Positions 17,596 to 27,402 of a DNA stretch of 63,295 nt are shown here, piece by piece. The position numbers were made by a program, and so were the translations under genes. The stretch spans positions 1 to 63,295 of the forward strand of contig CAYYRT010000252.1 of NCBI GenBank assembly GCA_964474055.1, in the 5' to 3' direction. The stretch's first letter is position 1, and each line of letters begins with the position of its first letter. Under the pieces are notes generated by a model that saw only the letters and a program-made list of their open reading frames with translations, was not told the DNA's origin and ran no database searches. The stretch is from an uncultured Acidimicrobiaceae bacterium. Lineage in GTDB: Bacteria; Actinomycetota; Acidimicrobiia; Spongiisociales; ZC4RG35.

Positions 17596-17613
17596 CCTGG
17601 TGGCTGGGACTGG

Positions 17614-18627
17614 GTGAAGAGTTATATGGACGACGATGATCTGCCCGATTTTCTCGGTGTGGGTGCCCAGAAATGCGGCACTACCTGGCTTCATGTCCAA
17701 TTGGTGCGGCACCCTGAATTGTGGCTCCCAAGGTGGAAGGAAATCCACTACTTCGACCAGAAGATGTACCTCCGCTGGCCCCTGGCTGCCTACATGCTGA
17801 AAAGCGACGCCCACCGGTGGCGCGAACGGTTGGCCAAGGACCTCAAAGCCAATTGGGGGGACCGCGATTGGCAGGGCTTTCGGGGCAGCCTGCGCCAGCA
17901 CCTGGGCCGCCCCTCCCCTGACTGGTACCGGCGAAACTTCGTCGAAGGACGAGGCCGAGTTAAGGGTGAGATAACACCTGCCTACGCGACCTTGACCCTT
18001 GAGCAAGTGCATAGGGTGAAGGAACTCGTGCCCGCGGCCAAGATTATTTTCCTGATGCGCTCACCTATCGAACGGGATTGGTCAGCCTCCTTGATGCTGA
18101 CCCAGAGAGACTCGGGCACACCAGCTCAGGCCGTGGAGGCAGATGTCCGGCGAATTGTCAGCCGCGACAGGGTGGCCGCCCGGTCGGATATGCACTCAGG
18201 GTTCAACCGCTGGGCAGATCAGTACCCGTCGGAGCAGGTCTACCTCGGATTCCTCGAAGATGTGCATTTCCATCCAGAACAAATCCTCAACTCGATCTAT
18301 CGGTTTCTCGGCGTCTCCGAAGTAGAGGTGCCACCGGAGGCCAAAGACAAGGTGCATTCCCGGTCGGGCCGAACAATTCCGCTTTCGGCGGCCCGCTTCT
18401 TAGCTGAACGCAACCTCGCCCAGCTCGAGAAGCTGGCTAACCAGTTTGGCGGCTATACGGTGTTGTGGCTGGAGGTCGCCAGGTGGCTCATCGACCAACA
18501 GGGCGACGAGGCTATCCCCTATCCACTCTGGAACCTTCCCGTTTGGCAAGAAAGCGCTCGCCAACACCGCATCGAAGCAGGATCCTGGTTTCAAAGCAGA
18601 AGCCTCGCTCCATCGCCGACCCTTTAG
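17614..18627 (+). CDS. Sulfotransferase (ST1)
   Basis: 5'-PSB loop GVGAQKCGTTWL and 3'-PB motif FLMRSPIERDWS. Confidence 0.8.
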   Translation: MKSYMDDDDLPDFLGVGAQKCGTTWLHVQLVRHPELWLPRWKEIHYFDQKMYLRWPLAAYMLKSDAHRWRERLAKDLKANWGDRDWQGFRGSLRQHLGRPSPDWYRRNFVEGRGRVKGEITPAYATLTLEQVHRVKELVPAAKIIFLMRSPIERDWSASLMLTQRDSGTPAQAVEADVRRIVSRDRVAARSDMHSGFNRWADQYPSEQVYLGFLEDVHFHPEQILNSIYRFLGVSEVEVPPEAKDKVHSRSGRTIPLSAARFLAERNLAQLEKLANQFGGYTVLWLEVARWLIDQQGDEAIPYPLWNLPVWQESARQHRIEAGSWFQSRSLAPSPTL

Positions 18628-18669
18628 GGTTTCCTGTCGACCAGGGCGAATCCCCTGAACGAAAGAACC

Positions 18670-19356
18670 CTAGAACGTGTAGCCGTACTCTTTAATTCTA
18701 CTTCGGTACGTCCGCTCGACGATTTTGCGAGCCAAGGGGGTGTAGTACTCGCGATAGTCGCGTGGGCGATTGCTCGTTGGGTGAATGTGAGGGATTTCGA
18801 TCGGTCCAAAACCGAGGCGCTTCAGAACGGTGTCGAAATCAGCCTGGAGCGATTCGAACCTCATCACGAAGTCCATGCCGACTGAGTGACTGGTGTCCTG
18901 GTTCTCGCTTCGAAGCGCTCTGGGAACGAAGAATGACCCGATGTGCCCTCTCGTGTACCGATAGACAAGCCAATCGGTGAAGGTGGCTTCGTGTGCGACT
19001 TTGATGGAGCTAACGAACAGATCGCTGTGATGTCCCCATCGGCCCTGAATGTCGGGCGGTGGGCCATCGCTCGATCTCATCTTGACGTAGAGAGATACCT
19101 CAGAATCGAACGGACTGCGCACGGTTGTGAATTTAAAGAGACCCTGGGAAACCTCCGGCGTGAGCTGGCCAAGCTCAAGCAGCTCCTTCAATTTGGCGTG
19201 CTTGCGGCCTATCTGCTTGCCACCGAGTTGGGGTACCAGCACTCCTTCGGCTACCGCCGTGCAACCGGTGCGAGGCCGTTGGATAAAAAGAAACTTCTGA
19301 CCAATAACCGCCAATCCCAACCCCTTTGCCGATCTCTCGCTGGAGATTCTACTCAA
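18670..19356 (-). CDS. Sulfotransferase, family-2-like (ST2)
   Basis: FIQRPRTGCTAV (resembles the HIPKTGGT PAPS loop) and TVRSPFDSEVSLY (RxPxDRxxS-like). Confidence 0.6.
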   Translation of the reverse strand: MSRISSERSAKGLGLAVIGQKFLFIQRPRTGCTAVAEGVLVPQLGGKQIGRKHAKLKELLELGQLTPEVSQGLFKFTTVRSPFDSEVSLYVKMRSSDGPPPDIQGRWGHHSDLFVSSIKVAHEATFTDWLVYRYTRGHIGSFFVPRALRSENQDTSHSVGMDFVMRFESLQADFDTVLKRLGFGPIEIPHIHPTSNRPRDYREYYTPLARKIVERTYRSRIKEYGYTF

Positions 19357-19504
19357 TCGGGTGGTGCGGTCGGCCGAAAAGACAAGTGCGAGACGGTCTC
19401 GCCCTTATGGAGAGGGCCTGAATAGGGTTGCCCCGCGACGTGGAGGACGTTCGGGTGCCGCCACAGGCGCCCGAAGCTCCAAGTCTGCCCCTTTGGAGGG
19501 ATCA

Positions 19505-20560
19505 ATGAAGAACATCACCGCACACGGCGTCCTGCGACGCCTGGCAGGTCTCGCCACCGCATCCTTGTTGGTGTTGTCAACTTTCGTGGTCCTAGACGAC
19601 AATGTCGCCAGCGAGGTCGCCGGCCGCCAAGCCTCCATCGGCGAACTAAGCCACAACGACACGGCCTCGGGCTCCCTTCGCAAATCCACCACGACAGAAG
19701 CAAACCGAACGACAACTACCTCGGCTCTATCGACCCCTACCCTCCAAAGCACATCGACACTCCCCGCCACCACTGCCGCCACCACTGGCGCCACCACGGC
19801 TCTCGCTCCGACCACGGCGCCCATTACCACCACCCCGGCTGTGGCAACCATGGCAGCCCAGCAGATACCCGCCACAGTTCCGCATCCGAAATGCCGGAAA
19901 ACAAACTGCTACCTCATACATCTCGGATCCATAGACGACCCCAACACCCCACAGGTGGAGGCAAAGCGTGGCTGGTGGAACGCTCCCTACATCGGTACAG
20001 GCAAAGAGGGTTCGGGGGCACTGCCATATGTCGCTGACTCTCGTTGGATCGAAGGGGATCGCATCGCCTATCGCTGCGCATACGGGTTCCTCACCCGGAA
20101 CGGTGAAGTGATCGGACGGTTCACTTTTGTCCGCGCCAGCGGCTACAGCTTCATCAACGATCGTTACATGCAAGAGGGCTTGAGGTTTTGGGACGGATCG
20201 AGTCAAAACGGAACGGGCAACTCGAAGTCCCGGGCTCAGGCCTACAACCACAATTGGTGCGACACGATCCTCTCCCAGGAGTATGTACCTGATACTCGTC
20301 CTGGTCAGTTACCGCGGGTGGTGTTCTGGCAGGGCGGCGAGGTGGTTGAGATTCGCGACTACCGGACTGTTTCGGCTGCGTCTGGTATCAAGTTCCGCGT
20401 GACCGACGTAACAGGTCCGTTCACCTCTGACGACGGGGGAGGTCGGTCAGTGCAGGTGTCCAACCGGGTGACTGTCGTCGCTTACGAGAACGACCTGCCC
20501 GTGGTCGTTGTCTACTACGACGCTTTGGGATCGGGTCAAGTCTCAGTCGACTTTCCGTAA
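19505..20560 (+). CDS. Secreted/anchored hypothetical protein with Thr/Ala-rich linker and Cys-containing C-terminal domain
   Basis: ATG 19505 is preceded by GGAGGG. MKNITAHGVLRRLAGLATASLLVLSTFVVL signal/anchor. About 90 aa of T/A/S-rich low complexity. The following ~230 aa domain has no family I recognise. Confidence 0.6.
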   Translation: MKNITAHGVLRRLAGLATASLLVLSTFVVLDDNVASEVAGRQASIGELSHNDTASGSLRKSTTTEANRTTTTSALSTPTLQSTSTLPATTAATTGATTALAPTTAPITTTPAVATMAAQQIPATVPHPKCRKTNCYLIHLGSIDDPNTPQVEAKRGWWNAPYIGTGKEGSGALPYVADSRWIEGDRIAYRCAYGFLTRNGEVIGRFTFVRASGYSFINDRYMQEGLRFWDGSSQNGTGNSKSRAQAYNHNWCDTILSQEYVPDTRPGQLPRVVFWQGGEVVEIRDYRTVSAASGIKFRVTDVTGPFTSDDGGGRSVQVSNRVTVVAYENDLPVVVVYYDALGSGQVSVDFP

Positions 20561-20572
20561 TTCCGCCAGCCG

Positions 20573-21403
20573 CTAGTAGCCACCGAGGATGCCCGCTTCG
20601 CGGGCGTACTCCAAGGATCGCATGAACGTCCAGAGCCCAAAGCTAAGGACCACGACGTTAAAGATGCCGAGCGCGATGACGGCACTAGAGAAGCTGACAA
20701 CAAATGTACCCGGATCATCCATCAACACCGACCGCGATGCGTTGATGACATAAGTGTGCGGCAACACCCAACTGAGCGGGCGCAGCCATCCAGGAAGCTG
20801 CTCGACTGAAAACAGCGCACCGCCCAACAGCGAAGACGCCAGACCGTAGAGTGTCAGCACGGGTTGTGACTTCTTGGCGACAATCATGAGCGCCGCAGCC
20901 AGGATGCCCACGGCCATACTCGCGACTACACCCATCAGTGCCAGGACGACAAAGGCTGGTAACCCAGACAGCTGGTAGTTGGCGCCTATAAGGCCCGTCA
21001 TTGTCAGGATGAGGCTGCCGTTGATGACGCCGAGAGTGGCCCTCCACAGGTTCATCGCAAATGGCAGATAGACCCATGGAACCGGCTCCACCAACAAGGT
21101 CTCGAATTGGCCCCGACCTTGGGCCCTCTGGAGAGCACCTCCGAAACCCGACAGCGCACTCTGCAGGATGGCGCTTACCGCAACGCCTATGGCAGCGAAG
21201 GTGAAGTAGTCACCGCCCACCCGAGCCGAATCGCCCACCAACTCGCCAACAAAGAAGTACACAACTACCGGGGCGAGAATGCCCACCTCAGACAGGACGA
21301 GCGACATCGGATAGCTGACTTCCTCAATGACGTCCATCCGAAGAAAGGCCACGGTCATTGAGCGAAGCCGCCCCAGGAACCTGCGCGACGCGAAGCGGGA
21401 CAT
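20573..21403 (-). CDS. ABC-2-type transporter permease
   Basis: About 6 TM helices and ~275 aa. Its start overlaps the stop of the upstream ATPase gene by one base (both at 21403). Architecture is typical of polysaccharide/teichoic/drug ABC-2 exporters. Confidence 0.75.
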   Translation of the reverse strand: MSRFASRRFLGRLRSMTVAFLRMDVIEEVSYPMSLVLSEVGILAPVVVYFFVGELVGDSARVGGDYFTFAAIGVAVSAILQSALSGFGGALQRAQGRGQFETLLVEPVPWVYLPFAMNLWRATLGVINGSLILTMTGLIGANYQLSGLPAFVVLALMGVVASMAVGILAAALMIVAKKSQPVLTLYGLASSLLGGALFSVEQLPGWLRPLSWVLPHTYVINASRSVLMDDPGTFVVSFSSAVIALGIFNVVVLSFGLWTFMRSLEYAREAGILGGY

Positions 21404-22407
21404 CAGTCTTCCCCTTCGTCGTCGGCACCGTAGATCTCCGCCAGGAGTTCGCGCAGCGGCACCTTTACATCGGTTATGTGGAGGACCTCGGGCAACGAAC
21501 CATCGATAGCTGCCAGGACCTCACCAACGGCAACATCGCGATGGATAGCCAATCGCAGCTTGTCCGAACTCGATTCGAGGATCTCAGCCATCCCGCGAGC
21601 TTCCAGCATCGTCGAGATGGCCTTGCCTGCCTGCGGCGAACGCAGAGTCATTTCGAGATGAGGGCGGTCAAGGCGGCTGCGCAAGTCGTCGAGGTCTCCA
21701 TCGAACAACAGGCGGCCGCGGTTCATCAGGACAACATGGTCGTGCAACGCTTCGATCTCGTCGAGCCGATGTGAGCTGATTAGGGCTGCAAGCTTGTGGT
21801 CCTTCACCATCTCGACGATCAGATTGAGCAAGTCGTACGACCCGACTGGATCCACGGCGGCAGTCGGCTCGTCAAGGATCAAAACCTGCGGTTCATGCAT
21901 GATGGCCCGCGCCAGCTGGAGCCGGGCTCTCATGCCGGCTGACAGGCTGACCACAGCACTGTCTGCGACCTTGCTCAGACCAACGATGTCGAGGGCCCGA
22001 TCGATGGCGCGTTCCAGCCGCCGGCCGGCCAATCCCTTCAAACGTCCGTGGAATCGAAGGTTCTCGTCACAACTCAGGCGAAGAACGAGCGAGCCGCCTT
22101 CGGTGGGCATCCACCCGAGTTGACGACGAATAGCCAACGAATCCGTAACGGCGTCGAGGCCGAAGACTCTGGCCGAACCTACGGTCGGAGTGGTAAGCCC
22201 GACCAGGATGCGGAACAAGGTGGTCTTGCCGGCGCCGTTGGGTCCGACCACAGCGCAGATCTCTCCTGGACCCACTTCAAAACTGACGTTGTCGAGGGCG
22301 CGAACGGGAAACCGAATGGGCGACCGCACCAACAACTTGAGCCAGGTCGGTGACGGCAGATAGGTCTTCGACACACTCGAAAACACGACCGATGCTGGTT
22401 CATTCAT
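21403..22407 (-). CDS. ABC transporter ATP-binding protein (ABC-2 exporter partner) with small C-terminal domain
   Basis: Walker A GPNGAGKTT, signature LSAGMRARL, Walker B VLILDEP. Start is most likely the internal ATG at 22407 (MNEPASVVF), just after the upstream gene ends at 22427. Confidence 0.85.
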   Translation of the reverse strand: MNEPASVVFSSVSKTYLPSPTWLKLLVRSPIRFPVRALDNVSFEVGPGEICAVVGPNGAGKTTLFRILVGLTTPTVGSARVFGLDAVTDSLAIRRQLGWMPTEGGSLVLRLSCDENLRFHGRLKGLAGRRLERAIDRALDIVGLSKVADSAVVSLSAGMRARLQLARAIMHEPQVLILDEPTAAVDPVGSYDLLNLIVEMVKDHKLAALISSHRLDEIEALHDHVVLMNRGRLLFDGDLDDLRSRLDRPHLEMTLRSPQAGKAISTMLEARGMAEILESSSDKLRLAIHRDVAVGEVLAAIDGSLPEVLHITDVKVPLRELLAEIYGADDEGED

Positions 22408-22426
22408 CGAAAACCCAAGTGCCAGG

Positions 22427-23473
22427 TCATCGGTTGCGGTCTGTGTCCGCAGATTCCATCCAGACCAAGTCCCGGGTGAGACGACTCTCGTCGATGAGTT
22501 GTTGGATCCGGCGCAGACGCGTGCACCTGGCGCTCGACAGAGTCTCATGGGTAAGTCCCGCCATAACGAACCGCTCGTAGAGATCGCGCACACTCGAGGC
22601 AAGGTCCCAACGAAGCTCGAAACCTGGCAACACCTTCCCGACCTTGTTAAACGCTACGCGGTAGTCCCTCTTATCTGCCTCGCCGCCGGGGGCGTAGGTG
22701 ACGACGCTGCCGTCGACAACAGCTGCGATGGTCTCGGCGATCTCACGCACCTGAAAGTTTTGGTCATCGCCACCTATGTTGATAGCTTCGGCGTGAACGT
22801 CGTCCAGCGGTGCTGTCAGCACCGCCAGAAACGCCAAAGAGATGTCCTCGACGTGGACCAGGGGCCGCCAGGGCGAGCCGTCGCTCTTGATCAGGATTTC
22901 ACCTGTGGAAATCGCGGACGCGAGGAGATCGTGGACGACCAGGTCGCCCCGCAGCCGAGGTGACCAGCCATGTGCGGTCGCGTTGCGCAGTAGAACCGGA
23001 CTGAAAGAGTCGTCGGCCATCGCCAACAGCGCTCGCTCCAACCACGCCTTCGTCTCGGCGTAGGGCGTGATGGGAGCTAGAACTGCTGTCTCATCGACGG
23101 CCGTATCTCCGGCCTGGCCATAAAGGCTGCACGATGACGCAAATAGAAATCGACTGACGCCTGCCGCTTTGGCGGCGACGGCGAGACGGAGCCCTCCGCC
23201 AAAGTTGATCTTGTAGGTCAGTTCGGGATTGAGAAACCCCAGCGGATCGTTCGACAAACCTGCCAGGTGGATGACGGCATCGAAGCCTTTAAGGTCCGCG
23301 GTCTCCACATCACGAAGATCGCGGGTGATCGTGGCAATCGGTTCGATGGGTGCAACAGTGCATTCGCTGAAATAGCCAGTGTCGAGTCCCACGACCTCAT
23401 GGCCTGCCGCTGCGATTAGCGGCGCCATGACCGAGCCGATATACCCTTGGTGCCCAGTGATCAGAACCCTCAT
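22427..23473 (-). CDS. NAD-dependent epimerase/dehydratase (extended SDR)
   Basis: MRVLITGHQGYIGS Rossmann motif and YAETK catalytic motif. Confidence 0.8.
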   Translation of the reverse strand: MRVLITGHQGYIGSVMAPLIAAAGHEVVGLDTGYFSECTVAPIEPIATITRDLRDVETADLKGFDAVIHLAGLSNDPLGFLNPELTYKINFGGGLRLAVAAKAAGVSRFLFASSCSLYGQAGDTAVDETAVLAPITPYAETKAWLERALLAMADDSFSPVLLRNATAHGWSPRLRGDLVVHDLLASAISTGEILIKSDGSPWRPLVHVEDISLAFLAVLTAPLDDVHAEAINIGGDDQNFQVREIAETIAAVVDGSVVTYAPGGEADKRDYRVAFNKVGKVLPGFELRWDLASSVRDLYERFVMAGLTHETLSSARCTRLRRIQQLIDESRLTRDLVWMESADTDRNR

Positions 23474-23673
23474 CCCCTGCCTCCCGTTACGGACGTCTTC
23501 CCTCACGACCTATCCAACCCCTTAACAGCAGCATTCTACCTCCGGGCTTTTGCCCTCCCAAGGGGGACAACCAGGGAACCTGGCCTGTCGAGGCCTGAAC
23601 GTGATCGGTTAGCCTCGCCGCCGATGGGGATACCAGACGGTCCGGAGTTCGCAATCAGGCCCAACCGTCCGGC

Positions 23674-24522
23674 TTGCTGATGCAGACCGTTTTGGACCTC
23701 TTCGTCCTCCCTGAATCACGGCTCGGCTTTGTTCTGGGTCTTGCTGGTTTGGTTGGGATGGCCGCCTTCTACATCGCCCGAGCAGGCAAGCCGGCGCCGC
23801 TGGCGGGATGGCTGCTTGCGGGAGCCGTCCTGGTTGGCGTATGGAATGCACTGGGACAACGGATCGGCCTCACGGCCGCCCTAGCGCTCGCTGGGGTCGC
23901 CGGTGCCCTCATAGACCGCTCTCCTCCGATTGCCTGGACCTCGGGAGCGTTATCGGCGATCCTGCTGTCCGCGACCAGTGGACTCCCGGAGGAAACATGG
24001 ATCCGCTTTGGGACCCCCGCGGTGGCCCTGTTGGCGGGCATTGGGATTAGCAAGGCCGACAAGGTGGCCCCCCATATCTCCAGCGTGTTGTTGGGTATAA
24101 CGGCATTCGGAGTGTGGGCAACGGTGCCCGACACGGAGATAGCCCGTTTGGTGATGGCGACCGCGGTGGTGTTGGCGCTTGCTGGGCCCCTCAAGGTCGG
24201 ATCCGTAGGGAACGGTGGGGCTTTTGCGGCGTCTGCTTCCCTGGCCGTTCTTGCGGCATTTCAGGGTCAGGGGAGACCGGGATCGATCATCGGTGCTTGG
24301 GCCTGTGTAGGGGTTATGGCCTTTGGATCCATGATCCGATACATCCCTGGTAACTATTTGATCCTTGGTATTCATGGAGCGCTCGTTCTTTGGGCGTCTC
24401 GGTTTGCAGGTTTCCGCCAGGATGCAGGCTCGGCGCTGGCGCTGTCCGCCGGGTTACTTGCGGCTGCCGGAACCGCGCTGGCCTTCTGGATGAAGTTGAG
24501 AGTCCCACCCGAGCAGGGCTGA
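23674..24522 (+). CDS. Polytopic membrane protein, unknown function
   Basis: 282 aa, almost entirely hydrophobic helices (A/G/L-rich). No recognisable motif. Confidence 0.5.
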   Translation: MLMQTVLDLFVLPESRLGFVLGLAGLVGMAAFYIARAGKPAPLAGWLLAGAVLVGVWNALGQRIGLTAALALAGVAGALIDRSPPIAWTSGALSAILLSATSGLPEETWIRFGTPAVALLAGIGISKADKVAPHISSVLLGITAFGVWATVPDTEIARLVMATAVVLALAGPLKVGSVGNGGAFAASASLAVLAAFQGQGRPGSIIGAWACVGVMAFGSMIRYIPGNYLILGIHGALVLWASRFAGFRQDAGSALALSAGLLAAAGTALAFWMKLRVPPEQG

Positions 24523-24632
24523 TCCCCAAGCCGTCTTTTGCCTCCTCTGCCTATTCCTCCATGGCTTGCCACCACCTATAATTGCGTTGGGTTCGGAGGG
24601 GCACTCGGCCCTTTGTCAGAGGGGCAGACGCC

Positions 24633-25550
24633 ATGACCGCTGAGTCTTATAACGCCGACAATCCGCTGATCACGATTGGCCTACCCGTCTACAACGGCGC
24701 AGATCACATCGGGCAAACTATTGAGTCACTCCTCGGCCAGACTTTCACCGACTTTGAAGTGGTCGTTTCCGACAATGCGTCCACTGACGGCACTCTGGAA
24801 ATCCTCCGGGATTGGGAAAAGAAGGACAATCGGATTCGGGTCTATGCAGAGTTGTCAAACCGCGGGGGGGCCTGGAACTTCAATCGGGTAGTTGAATTGG
24901 CAAGAGGGGAGTACTTCCGGTGGGCTGGCCATGACGATCTCATCGACCCGAATTACCTGAGGGCATGCATCGATGCATCGCGGGCGGCGCCACGCCAAAC
25001 AATCCTCGTCCACACCCGGACAACCTTGATTGATGGAGACGGGAAGGTCCTATCCGAGTACGACGATGACCTCAACCTGACCGCCGCGGAGCCTCGCGCA
25101 CGGTTCGCCAGACTCGTCAACAGAGTGGGGATGGCAAACCCGATCTTCGGGTTGATGCGGTTGCAGGACCTCAAGACAACCAATCTTCTCGGTAAGTATC
25201 CGTCAGCTGATCTTGTCTTGCTCGGTGAGTTAGCGATTCGCGGGCAGTTCCTACGCATCGAGCAAGGAATGTTCTTTCGACGCGTGCACCCGAAGGCAAG
25301 TTGGAGAGCCGCCGGGCGGCATGAAGGCTTCGCCGCCTGGTTTGATCCGGCGAGAGAGTCGCGAATCGTGTTTCCGACCTGGCGGTTGTACTTGGAGTTC
25401 ATAAAAGCAGCAGCAAAAGCCCCGGTTTCCGCCGGTGAACGCCTAGCCCTGGTGGCGGTCGCAGTTGCCCGATGGCCATGGTTCCGCTTCAAGCGGATGG
25501 CAGCCGAGATAAAGCGCATTCCGCGAGTGCTGCTGGCCAAAAGATCTTGA
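24633..25550 (+). CDS. Family-2 glycosyltransferase
   Basis: ITIGLPVYNG ... VVVSDNASTDGT ... GHDD motifs of the GT-A/GT2 fold. ATG 24633 preferred over 24582. Confidence 0.8.
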   Translation: MTAESYNADNPLITIGLPVYNGADHIGQTIESLLGQTFTDFEVVVSDNASTDGTLEILRDWEKKDNRIRVYAELSNRGGAWNFNRVVELARGEYFRWAGHDDLIDPNYLRACIDASRAAPRQTILVHTRTTLIDGDGKVLSEYDDDLNLTAAEPRARFARLVNRVGMANPIFGLMRLQDLKTTNLLGKYPSADLVLLGELAIRGQFLRIEQGMFFRRVHPKASWRAAGRHEGFAAWFDPARESRIVFPTWRLYLEFIKAAAKAPVSAGERLALVAVAVARWPWFRFKRMAAEIKRIPRVLLAKRS

Positions 25551-26578
25551 CCCTCGACACCCCACCAACTGGACTCGGTGGGCACCCCGCCGACTCAAGT
25601 CCAGCAGTATCGGTCGTAATTCCGACCTACAACCGCGTTGACACCCTGCCCCGAGCTGTCGCCAGCGTGATTTCACAGTCATTTAGCAACTGGGAACTCA
25701 TAGTTGTTGACGATGCTTCCAGTGACGACACCCCCTCGTATCTCGACTCTCTCGACGATCCTCGGATCAGAGCCATCCGACAGCCCTTCAACTTGGGAGG
25801 ATCGGCTGCCCGCAACGTTGGGATCAAGGCCGCGGTTGGCCAGTTCATCGCTTTTCTAGACAGCGATGACGAATGGCTCAACACCAAGCTGGAGAGACAG
25901 GTCCAGGCCATGGCCGATCCAAACACAGGGGTGGTTTACTCCGGGTACCTGGAACGGCACTCGGAAGGCATGCGGCAGGTGAGAGCCCGGGAGCCGTCAG
26001 ATTCGATGTTCGAACACATCATCGGGCTGCGGGGCGTTTCCAAGACCTCGGCGATTCTTGTTCGACGGACGATGCTCGATGCCACGAGGGTCTTTTTCGA
26101 TGAGACCCTTCCAGCCCATCAAGAGTGGGATTTCATGTGCCGCCTGGCGGCCCAACTTACGTTCAAAGCGGTTTCCGAACCTCTATTCATCCTCGATCGA
26201 ACTCCCCGGACGGATCGGGTCGGGGCCAGCATCAACAAGGTGAAAGCGGCCGAGCTGATCCTGACGAAGTATCAAAGAGAGCTGAGCCAGCGTCCGACCG
26301 CGGCCGCGACTCACCATTTCCAGGGTGCCCTGCATTACGCCAGCATGGGTGACGCCCTCGGGGCTCGCCGCCACCTGGCCGCCGCAATCAGGCTGGCGCC
26401 CCAGCGTAGGGCGTGGCGGATTCTCTATCTTGGGAGTTTCCTCGGGGATCGGCTGTTAAAGGCTCTGACCGTTCTTTACCGAACACCCAGCCGGTTGCGA
26501 AAACGCCCATTCGATAGTGACGCGATCGGGCGACAAGAGGAGAGTTCCCGCCTGCATACCCCGGACACCGGTCAATGA
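25547..26578 (+). CDS. Family-2 glycosyltransferase with helical C-terminal extension
   Basis: VSVVIPTYNR ... IVVDDASSDDT ... FLDSDDEW (DxD). Start is uncertain: TTG 25547 overlaps the upstream stop, and the listed ORF begins at 25472. Confidence 0.8.
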   Translation: MTLDTPPTGLGGHPADSSPAVSVVIPTYNRVDTLPRAVASVISQSFSNWELIVVDDASSDDTPSYLDSLDDPRIRAIRQPFNLGGSAARNVGIKAAVGQFIAFLDSDDEWLNTKLERQVQAMADPNTGVVYSGYLERHSEGMRQVRAREPSDSMFEHIIGLRGVSKTSAILVRRTMLDATRVFFDETLPAHQEWDFMCRLAAQLTFKAVSEPLFILDRTPRTDRVGASINKVKAAELILTKYQRELSQRPTAAATHHFQGALHYASMGDALGARRHLAAAIRLAPQRRAWRILYLGSFLGDRLLKALTVLYRTPSRLRKRPFDSDAIGRQEESSRLHTPDTGQ

Positions 26579-27402
26579 ACGGTCGCTTTCCCGACTTTTT
26601 GATTATCGGAGCAATGAAGGCGGGCACCACGACAGTATTCCGGTGGCTGGATATGCACCCTGGAACAGCCTTGCCGAAGGTCAAAGAACCGGCCTTCTTT
26701 GCCCACGACTACCAATGGGACCGTGGTCTTGATTGGTACAAATCCTTGTTTCCGGGCACCGATGACAACGTGACCGGTGAGGCATCGGTCATTTACACAC
26801 ACCCACGGTTCACAGACGCGGCAGCAGCCCGGATTGCTTCAGTCTTACCCGAGGTGAAAATCGTTTTCGTAGCTCGCGATCCAATCAAGCGGGCCCGGTC
26901 TCACTATGTCCATCAGGTTCAGAGGGGTCGAGAGACCCGTACCTGGGCCGAGGCCTCGAACGACCCTGCCAACCCTTACCTGGCCAGGAGCAGGTACTGG
27001 GCCTGCCTTTCCCCTTATGTTTCCCGGATCCAGAAGAAGCGGATTCACACGGTTTGGTTCGAAGAAGTGTTCTCCGAGGACGAGAGTGAATGGCTTCGAC
27101 TGCTCGACTTCCTAGGTCTCGCACCACATCCGCGTCCCGTCCAACAGTTCAATCAATCCTCGGAGTTCCTTGCTGTTCCATCGGCCTTGCGTCAGGTCGC
27201 TAAAAGTGTTGTCCCCCGAGTCTTCCCCGCGTCAATCCGCCGAATGGCCAAGGCGCGGTTGATCCGCAGTCGAGACGATGTGGGCAGGCTCATCGATTCC
27301 AGCCGTGAAGAGGTCGAAGTGGCGTCTGACGACTTGTGGGGGGATGTCGATTCGTTCTTGGCTTGGGCGGGGTCGCCCGGCCGATGGATAGAGCGAGATT
27401 GA
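26575..27402 (+). CDS. Sulfotransferase (ST3)
   Basis: FLIIGAMKAGTTTV PAPS loop and VARDPIKRARSHY 3'-PB motif. Its ATG overlaps the stop of the upstream GT2 gene. Confidence 0.85.
   Translation: MNGRFPDFLIIGAMKAGTTTVFRWLDMHPGTALPKVKEPAFFAHDYQWDRGLDWYKSLFPGTDDNVTGEASVIYTHPRFTDAAAARIASVLPEVKIVFVARDPIKRARSHYVHQVQRGRETRTWAEASNDPANPYLARSRYWACLSPYVSRIQKKRIHTVWFEEVFSEDESEWLRLLDFLGLAPHPRPVQQFNQSSEFLAVPSALRQVAKSVVPRVFPASIRRMAKARLIRSRDDVGRLIDSSREEVEVASDDLWGDVDSFLAWAGSPGRWIERD

Noticed and set aside
22427-23473. Assigning this SDR as the missing CDP-glucose 4,6-dehydratase (RfbG).
   Set aside because: Only the generic extended-SDR motifs (GxxGxxG, YxxxK) are visible. It lies ~32 kb from rfbF. Specificity cannot be inferred by eye.
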